In this document: in pieces, positions 63,625 through 64,000 of the stretch | Numbering within the stretch: the first letter of the stretch is position 1 | Layout: each line of letters opens with the position of its first letter | Assembly (NCBI GenBank): GCA_964016885.1 | Contig: OZ024746.1 | Span: 51,770,001-51,834,000, forward strand | Reading direction: 5' to 3' | DNA from: Eledone cirrhosa | Lineage: Eukaryota | Length of the DNA: 64,000 nucleotides | Translations under genes and position numbers: made by a program | The notes under the pieces: model-generated | Told to the model about the DNA's origin: nothing | Database searches by the model: none | The model's input: only the letters and a program-made list of their open reading frames with translations

Positions 63625-63864
63625 AGTTAATATAAATTAATATATATGATAAACACAAATACCTACATATAAGTGTTTGTATTGTAAATGACTAAGTTAG
63701 CTAACTTACAATAGTCATTTACAATACAAACACTTATATGTTGGTATTGGTGTTTATCATATATATTAATTTATATTAACTTGTATTACACGGCTCAGAA
63801 ATACTTCTTTCTTTGAGCTATTTCATTGTAAAGGACTGTTTGAGTTTAGAACTCGTTATTCATA

Positions 63865-63866
<2 letters not shown>
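63620..63866 (+). mobile_element. Fold-back family E (hairpin 63621-63785 + tail)
   Basis: tacaagttaatataaattaatata...tattaatttatattaacttgta between TA tracts. Confidence 0.8.
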
Positions 63867-63897
<31 letters not shown>

Positions 63898-63898
<1 letters not shown>

Positions 63899-64000
63899 TA
63901 GCAGAAGTATCCGGCGTTGCCCGGGTGTAAGTCGACCTTTGGTCTGTTAGAATGTGTGAAAGTTACTTCCCGCGCATCACAGGTTCAAAACTTCGAACTT
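63898..64000 (-). mobile_element. Helitron 3' end (continues beyond the window)
   Basis: a-CTAG terminus at 63898-63901 with hairpin ccggcgttgcccggg at 63911-63925. Confidence 0.75.

Overview
This is a very AT-rich, repeat-saturated animal genomic window. The SINE family and the (TA)n/(TATG)n/(ATT)n load suggest a cephalopod such as octopus, but that is inference. Almost all short ORFs in the track are microsatellite artefacts. Real coding sequence is retrotransposon-derived: Dong/R4-type LINEs in (TAA)n, an array of Tx1 (L1-clade) elements in (GATA)n, an RTE LINE with three C-terminal C2H2 fingers, and Penelope-like elements (PLE, Naiad-like RT plus C-terminal GIY-YIG) in (TA)n. There are also dozens of tRNA-derived SINEs, hAT and pogo MITEs, two non-autonomous Helitron ends, and one candidate terminal host exon (3258-3334). 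The most striking structure is about 17 fold-back insertions from about 11 sequence families, all in (TA)n tracts and built as inverted arm + arm + unpaired tail. Many carry a type I hammerhead ribozyme, either canonical (CUGAUGA/CUGACGA) or a variant core (CCGAAGA, UUGAAAA), and they are chained and nested, most densely at 19.8-31.1 kb. In that cluster is an ORF-less 480-bp unit with a 50-bp terminal direct repeat and one canonical hammerhead (29999-30528), a candidate retrozyme/circular-RNA retroelement. All RNA folds were done by eye and none is experimentally tested.
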